Counted from the stretch's first letter, positions 48,366-58,068 are shown. The stretch is 64,000 nt of DNA from an uncultured Pseudomonadales bacterium (GCA_964574995.1 CAZNPF010000013.1:9050-73049), one strand, 5' to 3'. Numbers and translations: made by a program. Notes: a model not told the origin generated them from the sequence alone.

Positions 48366-49643
48366 TCAGACTCTCGACTGGGCCCATGAAACGTTGCGCT
48401 GCGAAAAAGATAGCCAAACTGGCACCAAAGCCAACAGCGTCAGCACAGCACCGGCCACAAATAACATGTCGTAGCCATAATGTTCTGCCAGTACACCAGA
48501 CATCAAGGCGGCACAGCCGGCAAACGTCACCTGCAACGACGCTTGCAAGGTGTAATCGGTGCCCGGCGAAGCGCGACGACAAACATCCATCATGGCGGTG
48601 AACAAGGCCACGGTCGAAAGTCCATCGGCAAATTGCTCACCACAAACAATCGCATACAGCAGCGGCATCGACGGCAAGCCATGGGCCAGCAGCGTGTAGC
48701 CCGCGAGACCCGCCGCCTGCAACGCACCGAACAGCATTAAGGCAGTGCGATGACCTAGTCGCGCCAGCAACAATCCTCCCGTCAGTGCGCCCACGATGCC
48801 AGCCACGGTGGCTGTCATTCCCGTCAGCACGCCGATATCGGAAAGCGACAGTCCGCTATCTTTCAATAACGGATTGATCATGCGCGAAGCCAGCGCATCG
48901 CCCAACTTGAACACCGCGACCGCCAGCAGCCACCACCCTAGCCCCGGCCGTGCGGCAAAATCACGGAACAATCGGAAATATCCGCGCACGCCCTGCCAAC
49001 GCACATGCGTTGCGGCTACCACATCACGAGGTGGCTCATGCAGAAAAATAACGGGTGATACCGCAAGCAACAAACACGCTACCATACCCATGTACGAAAC
49101 TTGCCAACCAAAATGATCGACCAGTATCAGCAATGCTCCGCCGCCTAGCATCAATCCCAGTTTGTAGCCGATCACCTGCACACTATTACCGATGCCCCGC
49201 AAACGATCCTGCAAGCGGCTCACCGCCAAACCATCCGTAGCAATATCTTGGGTCGCAGCCACCAGATTGAGCAGAAACAATACCGCCATCAACGGTATGA
49301 ACAGTTCACGTATCCACAAACCGATATCACGCCCAGCAAGAAGAAACATCAGTAGCAGTGTGATGGCATTGAGCACCAGCAACCACTGACGTCGCGTGCC
49401 GTAACGATCAAGAAACGGGGCCCACAAAAATTTCATCGCCCAAGGCGCTGCTAACAACGCAGTGAATCCAATCGCGGAGAGTTTGACGTCTTGCTCACGC
49501 AGCAATGCCGGCAATGCCTTGGCCAACAAACCCGACGGCAATCCTTGCGCAAAATACAAACACGTAAGCAGCCCAATCAGGCGCGCATCCGCTGCTACAA
49601 ATGGGGTGGGTTTTAGTTCGCGTTTTTTTGTCTCAACCGTCAC
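48366..49643 (-). CDS. MFS transporter, AmpG-family-like permease
   Basis: It has 12 or more TM segments. The N-terminal region FAQGLPSGLL...SAIGFTALLAAPWAMKFLWAPFLDRYG.RRQWLL parallels E. coli AmpG as recalled. The GTG at 49643 overlaps the rlmM stop (GTGA). The ATG at 49673 would overlap rlmM by 34 nt. Confidence 0.65.
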   Translation of the reverse strand: MTVETKKRELKPTPFVAADARLIGLLTCLYFAQGLPSGLLAKALPALLREQDVKLSAIGFTALLAAPWAMKFLWAPFLDRYGTRRQWLLVLNAITLLLMFLLAGRDIGLWIRELFIPLMAVLFLLNLVAATQDIATDGLAVSRLQDRLRGIGNSVQVIGYKLGLMLGGGALLILVDHFGWQVSYMGMVACLLLAVSPVIFLHEPPRDVVAATHVRWQGVRGYFRLFRDFAARPGLGWWLLAVAVFKLGDALASRMINPLLKDSGLSLSDIGVLTGMTATVAGIVGALTGGLLLARLGHRTALMLFGALQAAGLAGYTLLAHGLPSMPLLYAIVCGEQFADGLSTVALFTAMMDVCRRASPGTDYTLQASLQVTFAGCAALMSGVLAEHYGYDMLFVAGAVLTLLALVPVWLSFSQRNVSWAQSRV

Positions 49644-50716
49644 GGACCGACTCGTCCCGTCACTTGCAGACAAACAGTGATTTCTTCGCGATCGTGATAC
49701 AGCTGACGTGCCTGTAGCGCATAACGCAATCCCGCCTCATCAAGCGCCGCACATAACCGGCTCAGATTGTGCTGCGTCTCTTGCCAACGGCTTTTCATCG
49801 GCAATTTGAGATTGAAAATGGCGTTGCGACACCAGCCATTGATAAACCAGCGCGCCATCAACGCCGTGACACGTGCCGGTTTTTCCACCATGTCACACAC
49901 CAGCCAATCGACAGGACGTTTGGGTTGATACGTAAAACCGTCTGCGCGCAAATGTGTGACAAGCCGGTCTTCGGCGACGACAGGCGCCAACGGCCCGTTA
50001 TCAACTGCCTCCACACGCATACCGCGCCGAATCATCTGCCAGGTCCAGCCGCCAGGTGCAGCGCCGAGATCCACCGCCGTACGGCCCGTCGTCAGTTGTG
50101 TTCCCCACTTCTCACGAGGAATGAACAAGTGCCAAGCCTCTTCCAGTTTCAATGCCGATCGGCTGGGTGCTTCACGCAATAATTTCAGCCGTGGCACGCC
50201 CAACGGCCAAGGTGGCGCGATGCGGGTGTGCCCCAGACAGGGAATCGCCGTCGCGCCATCCGCCAAAAACAACATGAAGCACCAACCTTGGTTGGCCGTC
50301 GTGCGCACACCCATGGATTCAACAGTGGCCCGCAGTGGCTTTTCCAACTGCCGCGTCAGCGTTGCCAATTCACGGCCATCGTTGGTATCGGGAGCACCCA
50401 CCGTCACCGCCGCCAGTGATGGCACACGTGCCGCTAAATTCGCCAACCAAGGCTTCAAACCCGTCAGGCGATCCGGCGGGGCCATCGCCACCGCGGGCCC
50501 CGCAACAAACAGATCGCGGGCAAAAACCAGTTCATCCAACGTCAGCCGGGGCAGCAGCTGCATGGCATCGCCATCCTGCAGCACAAACTCGGCATAGCCG
50601 CTCTCCGGACGCGCTCGGCCAAAGCCGGTCAATCCATGCGTCGCGCAGGCATCTGCCAGTGCGGCAATGCATTCTTTTTCAAAACCGGGGCGGCAAACGG
50701 CGAGCAAGGACTGCAT
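49640..50716 (-). CDS. rlmM: 23S rRNA (cytidine2498-2'-O)-methyltransferase RlmM
   Basis: 358 aa with N-terminus LLAVCRPGFEKEC (THUMP-like) and SAM motif AVDLGAAPGGWTWQ. Confidence 0.85.
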   Translation of the reverse strand: MQSLLAVCRPGFEKECIAALADACATHGLTGFGRARPESGYAEFVLQDGDAMQLLPRLTLDELVFARDLFVAGPAVAMAPPDRLTGLKPWLANLAARVPSLAAVTVGAPDTNDGRELATLTRQLEKPLRATVESMGVRTTANQGWCFMLFLADGATAIPCLGHTRIAPPWPLGVPRLKLLREAPSRSALKLEEAWHLFIPREKWGTQLTTGRTAVDLGAAPGGWTWQMIRRGMRVEAVDNGPLAPVVAEDRLVTHLRADGFTYQPKRPVDWLVCDMVEKPARVTALMARWFINGWCRNAIFNLKLPMKSRWQETQHNLSRLCAALDEAGLRYALQARQLYHDREEITVCLQVTGRVGP

Positions 50717-50766
50717 GAGTGGCCAAGTTACTGTTTTTAACTACAAAGACGAGAACGGGGATCAGT

Positions 50767-51639
50767 ATGATGCCCGCCATGATCGCACGACTTCACTCAG
50801 AACCCCGCGCCCGGCGCCCATCCACAGCGCGCTTTCTTGTTCCCGCCCTGCTTGCTTGGCTGCTTATCGGTGCCGCACAAGCAGAGCCCAGCGACGCACC
50901 TGACGCACCGGCTACTCCGCTCACAGCGCCAACGCCCACCTCGCCCGATGCAGCGGCACCCGTATTTGATCCGGACTTTGATCCCGGCTTCGGTGGATTT
51001 GAACCCACACCCGGTGGCTTCAATCCGGACACCGCAGTTGCCGCACCCGTAGCGCCTGAACTCAAAGCCCCCGCGATTGATGCCTATTTGGATATCGCCG
51101 CGCTCAATGCCGATCTCGGTGCTCTGGGCTTCGATCAAGACTCAACGGGGTTTCGTTTGCTGGCGGGTTTTCAGTTCAAAGATGTCGGCGCTGGACGCTG
51201 GGGCCTAGCATCAGAAATTGGCTTGCTGGATTTCGGCAGCGGCATGCGTAATGACGTCACGAGCGTTCTAGAAAGTGGTTACATCAAAACCACAACGAAT
51301 CACATCACCAATGATGTTTCGTCATTGAGTCTTGGCACCAAAATTACGTGGACTTCACGCGCAGTATCACCCTATCTGCGCGCAGGCATTCACGCCTATC
51401 ACCAACACCAGCGCGCACAAACGCGGTATACCTATATTCCTCTCGGCCCTCAGCCGCCCATACCGCCGACCACACTACAACCGCAAACCGTCACCGACGT
51501 CGGCCTTAACCTTTGGGGTTTGTTGGGGCTGGAAATGAAACTCGGCAACTCGTATTCGCTGTATGCCGAGTACGGGCTGTTCAATCTTGATGATGGCGCC
51601 ATGAATGTTGGTATGGCCGGCATCATTTGGAATTTCTAG
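50767..51639 (+). CDS. Outer-membrane beta-barrel protein with Pro/Ala-rich N-terminal linker
   Basis: Signal peptide ...FLVPALLAWLLIGAAQA-EP. Alternating beta-strand pattern. The C-terminus GIIWNF ends in an aromatic residue (beta-signal). The start is uncertain (50767-50779); the track GTG at 50719 abuts the rlmM start. Confidence 0.7.
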   Translation: MMPAMIARLHSEPRARRPSTARFLVPALLAWLLIGAAQAEPSDAPDAPATPLTAPTPTSPDAAAPVFDPDFDPGFGGFEPTPGGFNPDTAVAAPVAPELKAPAIDAYLDIAALNADLGALGFDQDSTGFRLLAGFQFKDVGAGRWGLASEIGLLDFGSGMRNDVTSVLESGYIKTTTNHITNDVSSLSLGTKITWTSRAVSPYLRAGIHAYHQHQRAQTRYTYIPLGPQPPIPPTTLQPQTVTDVGLNLWGLLGLEMKLGNSYSLYAEYGLFNLDDGAMNVGMAGIIWNF

Positions 51640-51645
51640 TTTTTG

Positions 51646-51888
51646 TCACTCATTCGCGCCCATCGATTCAGACTTTGATTCTGGCGATGACGCCATCGTC
51701 GCATCCCGAATCGCGTCCGACTGTGCCGCCATTTGTGCGCTGACCTGCTCGGTCATTGCCTTGGCCGCCTTTGCGGTATCAATCATTTCCTTTTGTTGCT
51801 CACCAGCCACCTGCTGCTCGCGGCCATCCTTGAAGTAAAACCAAAGTGCCGCGCCGATCAACGCAAACGAAATCAGTATGCGCAACAT
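51646..51888 (-). CDS. Small membrane-anchored protein (80 aa)
   Basis: ATG with GAGGTG 6 nt upstream, 9 nt after the purU stop. One N-terminal TM segment (ILISFALIGAALWFYF), then a charged helical tail. Confidence 0.6.
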   Translation of the reverse strand: MLRILISFALIGAALWFYFKDGREQQVAGEQQKEMIDTAKAAKAMTEQVSAQMAAQSDAIRDATMASSPESKSESMGANE

Positions 51889-51897
51889 GACATCACC

Positions 51898-52782
51898 TCA
51901 CTTGATAAAGACAACGGTTTTATTGCCGTCAACAATGACGCGGTCTTCCAAATGCCATTTCACGGCGCGCGCTAAGACCCGTCGCTCGATTTCCTGCCCA
52001 AGCACGCGCAACTCCTCCGCCGAATGACGGTGTGACACTCGCGCCACGTCCTGCTCGATGATTGGCCCTTGATCAAGATCAGCCGTCACATAATGACTGG
52101 TCGCACCAATCAACTTCACACCTTTGTCATGCGCCTGACGATAAGGGTTTGCACCGGCAAACGCCGGCAAAAATGAATGATGGATATTGATGATACGGTT
52201 GGGATATTGCTGGACAAAATCGGCCGATAACACCTGCATATACCGCGCCAAAACCACAAGATCTGCTTTGCCGGTAAGTAATTCCAGCATCTTTTTTTCC
52301 GCGGCAGATTTGTTTTCACGCGTAACGGGTACATGGTGAAACGGAATGCCAAAAGATTCGACATCTGGCCGAAAATCTTCGTGATTAGAAATCACCATTG
52401 GGATTTTAGCGACCAAATCGCCACGTCGAACCTGCCATAACAATTCCATCAGCGCGTGATCGTACTTCGAAACCAAAAGCGCCATTTTCTTATATTCGGC
52501 AGCCCAAGAGATCTGCCATTGCATTTCATACTTCTCAGCCACCGCCTTACGGAAAGCGTTGAGCAACGCATCACGGCTAACATCAAGGTGCGGCGTCTGA
52601 AATTCCAGACGCATAAAGAACCGACCGCCCTCTGCCGCCGAGGAGTGCTGATCGAGATCGGTGATGTTGGCACCGTGATTATAAAAGAACGTAGAAACCG
52701 CACTAACGATGCCGGGGCGATCCGGGCAAGTAATCAATAAGCGCGCAGTAGTCTCGATGGCAGCGTGAGCAGAAGTCTGCAT
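51898..52782 (-). CDS. purU: Formyltetrahydrofolate deformylase
   Basis: N-terminal ACT domain (LLITCPDRPGIVSAVS) plus a formyltransferase core (NIHHSFLPAF, GATSHYVT.DLDQGPII). Confidence 0.93.
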   Translation of the reverse strand: MQTSAHAAIETTARLLITCPDRPGIVSAVSTFFYNHGANITDLDQHSSAAEGGRFFMRLEFQTPHLDVSRDALLNAFRKAVAEKYEMQWQISWAAEYKKMALLVSKYDHALMELLWQVRRGDLVAKIPMVISNHEDFRPDVESFGIPFHHVPVTRENKSAAEKKMLELLTGKADLVVLARYMQVLSADFVQQYPNRIINIHHSFLPAFAGANPYRQAHDKGVKLIGATSHYVTADLDQGPIIEQDVARVSHRHSAEELRVLGQEIERRVLARAVKWHLEDRVIVDGNKTVVFIK

Positions 52783-52783
52783 A

Positions 52784-53824
52784 TCAATCCGGATCGTTGA
52801 ACATTTCTTTGCGGAAAGAAGACGGTGTTTTTCCTGTCCATTTCTTAAAAGCGCGATGGAAGGAGCTGGCTTCCGAAAAACCCATCAGCATGGCGATCTC
52901 ATCAATAGAGAGATCAGGCTTTGATAGATAATAAATAGATGCGTCTTTACGAATTGAGTCCTTGATTTCCTGATAGCTGGTATTTCCGTCCTTGAGGCGG
53001 CGACGCAGTGTTTGCGGCGTCATATTCAACTTTTCGCAAATCACCTGGAAATCAGGAAAATTATTCCCATATTCTTTAGAAATAATGGCGCGGATCTGCG
53101 CCGGCAATCCAACGCTGTGAAAATTTCCGTCGATCAGTTGCGTAATCGAATCTTTGAGAAACTTAGATAGCGAACGAGGATTCTGCACCAACGGCAAATC
53201 CATGTAGGCACGATCCAATACCACCTGACTGCGACTCTGCCCGTACAGCACCGGACAAGGAAAGAACTCCTTGTATTGCTCGGCGCCACGCGATGGAGGG
53301 AAATCGAGCGTGATGCGCGTTGGCACGATCGGCTTGCCAATCAACCAACCAAAGAAGCGCAAACTGATGAATACCAGCGTCTCCACGATGAAATCGCGAA
53401 ACTCCATAGGAGCGACGCTAAACAGAATCACCGCTTCGTGTTCGCGAACTTCCAGGCGCGCGCCGGTATCAAAACCAAACAACTCGTAGAAACTTAATGC
53501 CCGGCGAATGGCTTTTTCTAATGTCGGTGAATTGATCACCGCATGAGCCATCATGGAGAAGGTGCCCGGGCGCGTGCGGATATTGCCGCCGAAACCGATG
53601 AACTCATCTTCCGTCTGCTGCATGACCGCTAGCAGCAGATCAATAAACTTGCGGCGATCCAGTTGCGCGTGAACGTCCTGCAGCAGTCTTGCGTCCAACC
53701 CGACGGTTGCAAATAACCGCGGCAGGTCGACGCCGCTGCGCGCCGCACCTTGCAGCACACGCAACGCCACGGCGACAGGCACCGTTGAGCCGATTACTAC
53801 GCTGCCAGGTTGCACCAAAGCCAA
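52784..53824 (-). CDS. AraC family transcriptional regulator
   Basis: C-terminal HTH ...IDEIAMLMGFSEASSFHRAFKKWTGKTPSSFR. The stop is 1 nt from the purU start. TTG start (uncertain). The gene looks visibly AT-richer than its neighbours (by eye). Confidence 0.85.
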   Translation of the reverse strand: MALVQPGSVVIGSTVPVAVALRVLQGAARSGVDLPRLFATVGLDARLLQDVHAQLDRRKFIDLLLAVMQQTEDEFIGFGGNIRTRPGTFSMMAHAVINSPTLEKAIRRALSFYELFGFDTGARLEVREHEAVILFSVAPMEFRDFIVETLVFISLRFFGWLIGKPIVPTRITLDFPPSRGAEQYKEFFPCPVLYGQSRSQVVLDRAYMDLPLVQNPRSLSKFLKDSITQLIDGNFHSVGLPAQIRAIISKEYGNNFPDFQVICEKLNMTPQTLRRRLKDGNTSYQEIKDSIRKDASIYYLSKPDLSIDEIAMLMGFSEASSFHRAFKKWTGKTPSSFRKEMFNDPD

Positions 53825-54137
53825 GGAACATTCTCCGAAAACAGGTCCGAGCGCACGCGAGAAATATCTCGCTCACTGCAACCTAACCCACTGAAAATTA
53901 TGGACTTTTTGTTGGCCGCATGACCGTTATTGTCAAGCAATTTGGAACATTGCGTCATTGTCGATGCACGGGCCGGCCGACACCATCCGAGCCTGCCTAC
54001 AACCTGCGTTTTCGCGGCAGTTGCAGGCAAGGGGCCGGAATACACCGGGCACCCCTCAGAAACCCCGGGTCTATGCAACCCGTTGATTATACAGAGCCGA
54101 GCGTCTCACTCCATGAGCCGCCCTGAAGGAAACCGCA

Positions 54138-55271
54138 ATGACCAACCGCGCACATTTCGAACAAGACCACAACATCTTCCGCGAGAGTTTCCGCAAGTTT
54201 CTCGAAGCAGAAGTTGTTCCTCATCAAGAACAGTGGCTGAAAGACCGCATTGTTTCTCGTGATGCGTGGAAAAAAGCAGGCGAAAACGGCTTTCTGTGTA
54301 TGTATGCCGACGAAAAATGGGGCGGCTTAGGTCTGAAAGATTTCCGCTACACCCAAGTACAGATCGAAGAAATGTCTCGTATTGGCGAATCGGGTTTTGC
54401 TGTTTCGTTGCATAGCGATGTGATTGGCGTCTATCTCGACTCCTTTGCTAACGACGAACAAAAAGCACGCTGGATGCCAGGCGTCATTTCCGGTGAAAAA
54501 ATTCTCGCCGTGGCGATGACCGAACCGGGCACCGGCTCTGATCTCAAGAGCATCAAGACTCGCGTCGAAGATAAAGGCGACTACTTACTGCTCAACGGTG
54601 CCAAGACGTTTATCTCGAACGGCATTCTCTCCGACATCGTTATCGTCGCTGCTCAGTGGGAAGGCAAAGGTGTAACGCTGGTCGTGGTCGAGCGCGGCAT
54701 GGAAGGCTTCAAGCGCGGTCGCAAGCTCGACAAAATGGGCATGCATTCGCAAGACACGGCCGAACTGTTCTTTGAAGACGTCAAAGTTCCTAAAGCCAAC
54801 ATTCTCGGCGCGCCGGGCATGGGCTTTATGTACCTGATGCAGAAACTGGCTCAAGAGCGCATCGTGTGCGCCATCGGTGCCATTTCTGGTGCGCAGTACG
54901 CCTTTGAAGAAACACTGAAATACGTCAAAGAACGCAAAGCGTTTGGCAAGCCCATCGGATCATTCCAGGCCAACCGTTTCACCATGGCCGAGATGAAAAC
55001 CGAAATCACCATTGGTCAAACATTCGTCGACCAGTGCGTGATGAAATGCGTCAACGGCACGATCACGCCGGACGACGCGTTCATGGCCAAGTATTGGACC
55101 ACCGATCTGCTCAACAAAGTTGTTTACAACGGCGTTCAGCTGCACGGCGGTTACGGCTACATGATGGAGTATCCGATTGCGCGCGCTTACACCGACGCAC
55201 GCATCACCACCATCTTCGCCGGCACCAACGAAATCATGAAGGAAATGATTGGCCGTAGCATGGGCCTCTAA
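54138..55271 (+). CDS. Acyl-CoA dehydrogenase
   Basis: 377 aa with ACAD N-terminal, middle and C-terminal domains. Motifs include AMTEPGTGSDL and ...IFAGTNEIMKEMIGR. Confidence 0.9.
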   Translation: MTNRAHFEQDHNIFRESFRKFLEAEVVPHQEQWLKDRIVSRDAWKKAGENGFLCMYADEKWGGLGLKDFRYTQVQIEEMSRIGESGFAVSLHSDVIGVYLDSFANDEQKARWMPGVISGEKILAVAMTEPGTGSDLKSIKTRVEDKGDYLLLNGAKTFISNGILSDIVIVAAQWEGKGVTLVVVERGMEGFKRGRKLDKMGMHSQDTAELFFEDVKVPKANILGAPGMGFMYLMQKLAQERIVCAIGAISGAQYAFEETLKYVKERKAFGKPIGSFQANRFTMAEMKTEITIGQTFVDQCVMKCVNGTITPDDAFMAKYWTTDLLNKVVYNGVQLHGGYGYMMEYPIARAYTDARITTIFAGTNEIMKEMIGRSMGL

Positions 55272-55361
55272 GTACGTACCACCCGCAAGGCAATTTCACC
55301 AACTTGTACGTCATTTGTCGGTCTGTAACAGCGGGCCGACTTTTCACCAGGAGAAGCACAC

Positions 55362-56264
55362 ATGTCTGAAGTTCGTTTTGATGATCGCGTTGTCATCGTC
55401 ACCGGCGCCGGCAATGGTCTGGGTAAATGCCACGCACTTGCGTTCGCCAAGCGCGGTGCAAAAGTTATCGTCAATGACCTCGGTGGCTCAGCCCACGGCG
55501 AAGGCGCATCCAAAACTGCCGCGCAAACTGTGGTCGATGAAATCAAGGCCATGGGTGGCGAAGCTGCTGCCAACTACGATTCCGTCACCGACGGCGACAA
55601 AATCGTGCAGTGCGCGCTGGATAACTTCGGCAAAATCGATGTGATCGTGAACAACGCCGGCATCCTGCGTGACGTGTCCTTCCACAAAATGACCGATGCC
55701 GATTGGGATCTGGTGTACAACGTGCACGTGCGTGGCGCTTACAAAGTCACTCACGCCGCGTGGCCGCACATGCGTGACAAGCAATACGGTCGCGTCATCT
55801 TCACGGCCTCGGCCGCGGGCATTTACGGCAACTTCGGTCAAGCCAACTACTCGATGGCCAAACTGGCACTGCACGGTTTGAGCCAAACCTTGGCGTTGGA
55901 AGGCAAGAAGTACAACATCACTTCAAACACCATCGCACCGATTGCTGGCTCGCGTCTCACCGCGACCATCATGCCGCCGCAAATTCTGGAGCAATTGAAG
56001 CCAGAATTCGTATCGCCGTTGGTATTGAAGCTGGCTTCTGAAGGCCACACGGAAACCAGCGGTCTGTACGAAGTTGGTGCTGGCTGGATCGGCAAACTGC
56101 GCTGGAACCGTACGCTGGGTCACGGCTTCCCGATCAGCGCCGAACTGACGCCGGAGCAGATCAATGCCAAGTGGGATGTGATCACCGACTTCAACAAATC
56201 TTCCAACCCGGGCTCGGGTCAGGAAGCGTTGATGCAAATCATGCAGAACCTGCAAAACAAGTAA
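55362..56264 (+). CDS. SDR-type (3R)-hydroxyacyl-CoA dehydrogenase, MFE-2 (HSD17B4 N-terminal domain)-like
   Basis: It is collinear with the dehydrogenase domain of human peroxisomal MFE-2 as recalled: RFDDRVVIVTGAGNGLG, VNNAGILRDVSF, GIYGNFGQANYSMAKL, YEVGAGWIGKLRWNRT. Confidence 0.8.
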   Translation: MSEVRFDDRVVIVTGAGNGLGKCHALAFAKRGAKVIVNDLGGSAHGEGASKTAAQTVVDEIKAMGGEAAANYDSVTDGDKIVQCALDNFGKIDVIVNNAGILRDVSFHKMTDADWDLVYNVHVRGAYKVTHAAWPHMRDKQYGRVIFTASAAGIYGNFGQANYSMAKLALHGLSQTLALEGKKYNITSNTIAPIAGSRLTATIMPPQILEQLKPEFVSPLVLKLASEGHTETSGLYEVGAGWIGKLRWNRTLGHGFPISAELTPEQINAKWDVITDFNKSSNPGSGQEALMQIMQNLQNK

Positions 56265-56323
56265 GGCCGGCATGAGGGAGCGTGCCTCGCTCCCTTTTCC
56301 GTTTCATCACGAGGAGAACCATC

Positions 56324-57517
56324 ATGAGTAAGAAAAAGGTCTACGTGATCGGCGTCGGCATGACGAAGTTCACCAAACCCGGCGACCCGGCTGCGCCGGA
56401 TTACCACGTTGCGGGTAAAGAAGCGATTCTCGAAGCACTGAGCGATGCCGGCGTCGGTTTCGACAAGGTGCAGCAAGCTTGGACCGGCTACGTCTACGGC
56501 GACAGCTGCTGCGGTATGCGCGCGGTATATGAAGTCGGCCAAACCGGCGTGCCGATTTTCAACGTCAACTCAAACTGCTCCACCGGCTCGTCGGCACTGT
56601 TCGGTGCACGCCAAGCCGTGGAATCCGGTGCCGTCGACTGCGCGCTGGCGCTCGGCTTCGAGAAGATGGAAAAAGGCATGTTGATGAGCAAGTGGAACGA
56701 TCGGATGAATCCGATGGAACTGCATGCCACCACCATGATGCGTTTGCAGGAATTCAAACCCGCTCCGCCGGCCGCGCAGATGTTCGGTGGCGCAGGTAGC
56801 GAATACCAGAAGAAATACGGCGCCAAGGACACTACCTTCGCCAAGATTCAGGTGAAGGCACGCAAACACGCTCAGCACAACCCGAAAGCACTGTTCACCG
56901 AGCAAGTGACGGTAGAGGAAGTGATGGCGTCGCCGCATCAATACGGCCCGTTGACTCGCCTGCAGTGCTGCCCGCCGACCTGCGGTGCGGGTGCTGCCAT
57001 CGTTGCCAGCGAAGATTTCTGCCGTAAGAACGGTATCGACGTGTCGAAAGCCGTGTACATCGCTGCTCAGCACATGGAGACCGACAAGCCGGACTCCTTC
57101 AAGGACAGCATGATGGACATGGTGGGCTATGGCATGGCGAAGCGCGCTGCAAAAGCCGTGTATGAATCCGCCGGTATCGGTCCGAAAGAAGTGAACGTCG
57201 TCGAACTGCATGACTGCTTCACCGCCAACGAACTGATCACCTATGAAGCACTCGGCCTCACCGCCGAAGGTACCGCCGAGAAGTTCATCCTCGACGACCA
57301 AAACACCTACGGTGGCCAAGTCGTGGTCAATCCATCAGGCGGCCTGCTCTCCAAGGGTCATCCGCTGGGCGCGACCGGCCTTGCGCAGTGCTACGAACTG
57401 GTTCACCAGTTGCGCGGCACCGCAGACAAGCGTCAGGTCAACGGTGCACGCATCGGCCTGCAGCACAACATCGGCATCGGCGGCGCCTGCGTCGTCACGC
57501 TGTACCGCAAAGGCTGA
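56324..57517 (+). CDS. SCPx/SCP2-type 3-ketoacyl-CoA thiolase (lipid-transfer-protein-like thiolase)
   Basis: ATG 56324 is preceded by AGGAGA. Motifs shared with the human SCPx thiolase domain as recalled: VYVIGVGMTKFTKPG, LALGFEKMEKG, VVELHDCFTANELITYEALGL, NPSGGLLSKGHPLGATGLAQC. Confidence 0.82.
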   Translation: MSKKKVYVIGVGMTKFTKPGDPAAPDYHVAGKEAILEALSDAGVGFDKVQQAWTGYVYGDSCCGMRAVYEVGQTGVPIFNVNSNCSTGSSALFGARQAVESGAVDCALALGFEKMEKGMLMSKWNDRMNPMELHATTMMRLQEFKPAPPAAQMFGGAGSEYQKKYGAKDTTFAKIQVKARKHAQHNPKALFTEQVTVEEVMASPHQYGPLTRLQCCPPTCGAGAAIVASEDFCRKNGIDVSKAVYIAAQHMETDKPDSFKDSMMDMVGYGMAKRAAKAVYESAGIGPKEVNVVELHDCFTANELITYEALGLTAEGTAEKFILDDQNTYGGQVVVNPSGGLLSKGHPLGATGLAQCYELVHQLRGTADKRQVNGARIGLQHNIGIGGACVVTLYRKG

Positions 57518-57532
57518 TTCAGCCTGAGCCAC

Positions 57533-57567
57533 AAAAAAGCCGCCCACAAGGCGGCTTTTTTGTTTTT
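57533..57567 (+). terminator. Rho-independent terminator after the thiolase gene
   Basis: AAAAAAGCCGCC-CACAA-GGCGGCTTTTTTGTTTTT. Confidence 0.85.
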
Positions 57568-57657
57568 ATCGCACGCATCCTTCCAATCAAACTATTCGGC
57601 TACCGCTGGTAATCCGTGGTTTGATAGCGCAATCCATCGCCCAAATGACAATTCCCC

Positions 57658-58068
57658 ATGACTTTTATCCTGCATGAGCGCTTGGCTGCTGACACCCGCC
57701 ATATCGGCAGCCTGCCGCTGTGCGAACTGCTGCTGATGAACGATGCTCGGTTCCCTTGGTGCATCCTTGTGCCGCGCCGCGACGGCATGCGCGACATCAT
57801 TGATCTCGCACCGGCCGACATCGATCAGTTGCACCGTGAATCCATTGCCTTGCAAAAGGCACTGCGTGAATTGTTTTCACCAGACAAACTGAATGTGGCG
57901 GCAATCGGCAATCTGGTTTCGCAACTACACGTCCATCATATAGCGCGCTATCGCACAGACAGTGAATGGCCTGCCCCGGTCTGGGGCCGAGGCAACGCAC
58001 AAGCCTATGACGCCAATACACAGCAGCAGCGGATCATGCAATTACGTGATCTCATGCGCGCAGAATGA
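57658..58068 (+). CDS. HIT family protein
   Basis: 136 aa with the histidine triad QLHVHHIAR. Confidence 0.8.
   Translation: MTFILHERLAADTRHIGSLPLCELLLMNDARFPWCILVPRRDGMRDIIDLAPADIDQLHRESIALQKALRELFSPDKLNVAAIGNLVSQLHVHHIARYRTDSEWPAPVWGRGNAQAYDANTQQQRIMQLRDLMRAE

Noticed and set aside
52783-52790. ZTP (pfl) riboswitch expected upstream of purU
   Set aside because: The AraC gene stop lies 1 nt from the purU ATG, so there is no room for a leader. No pfl-like sequence was seen.
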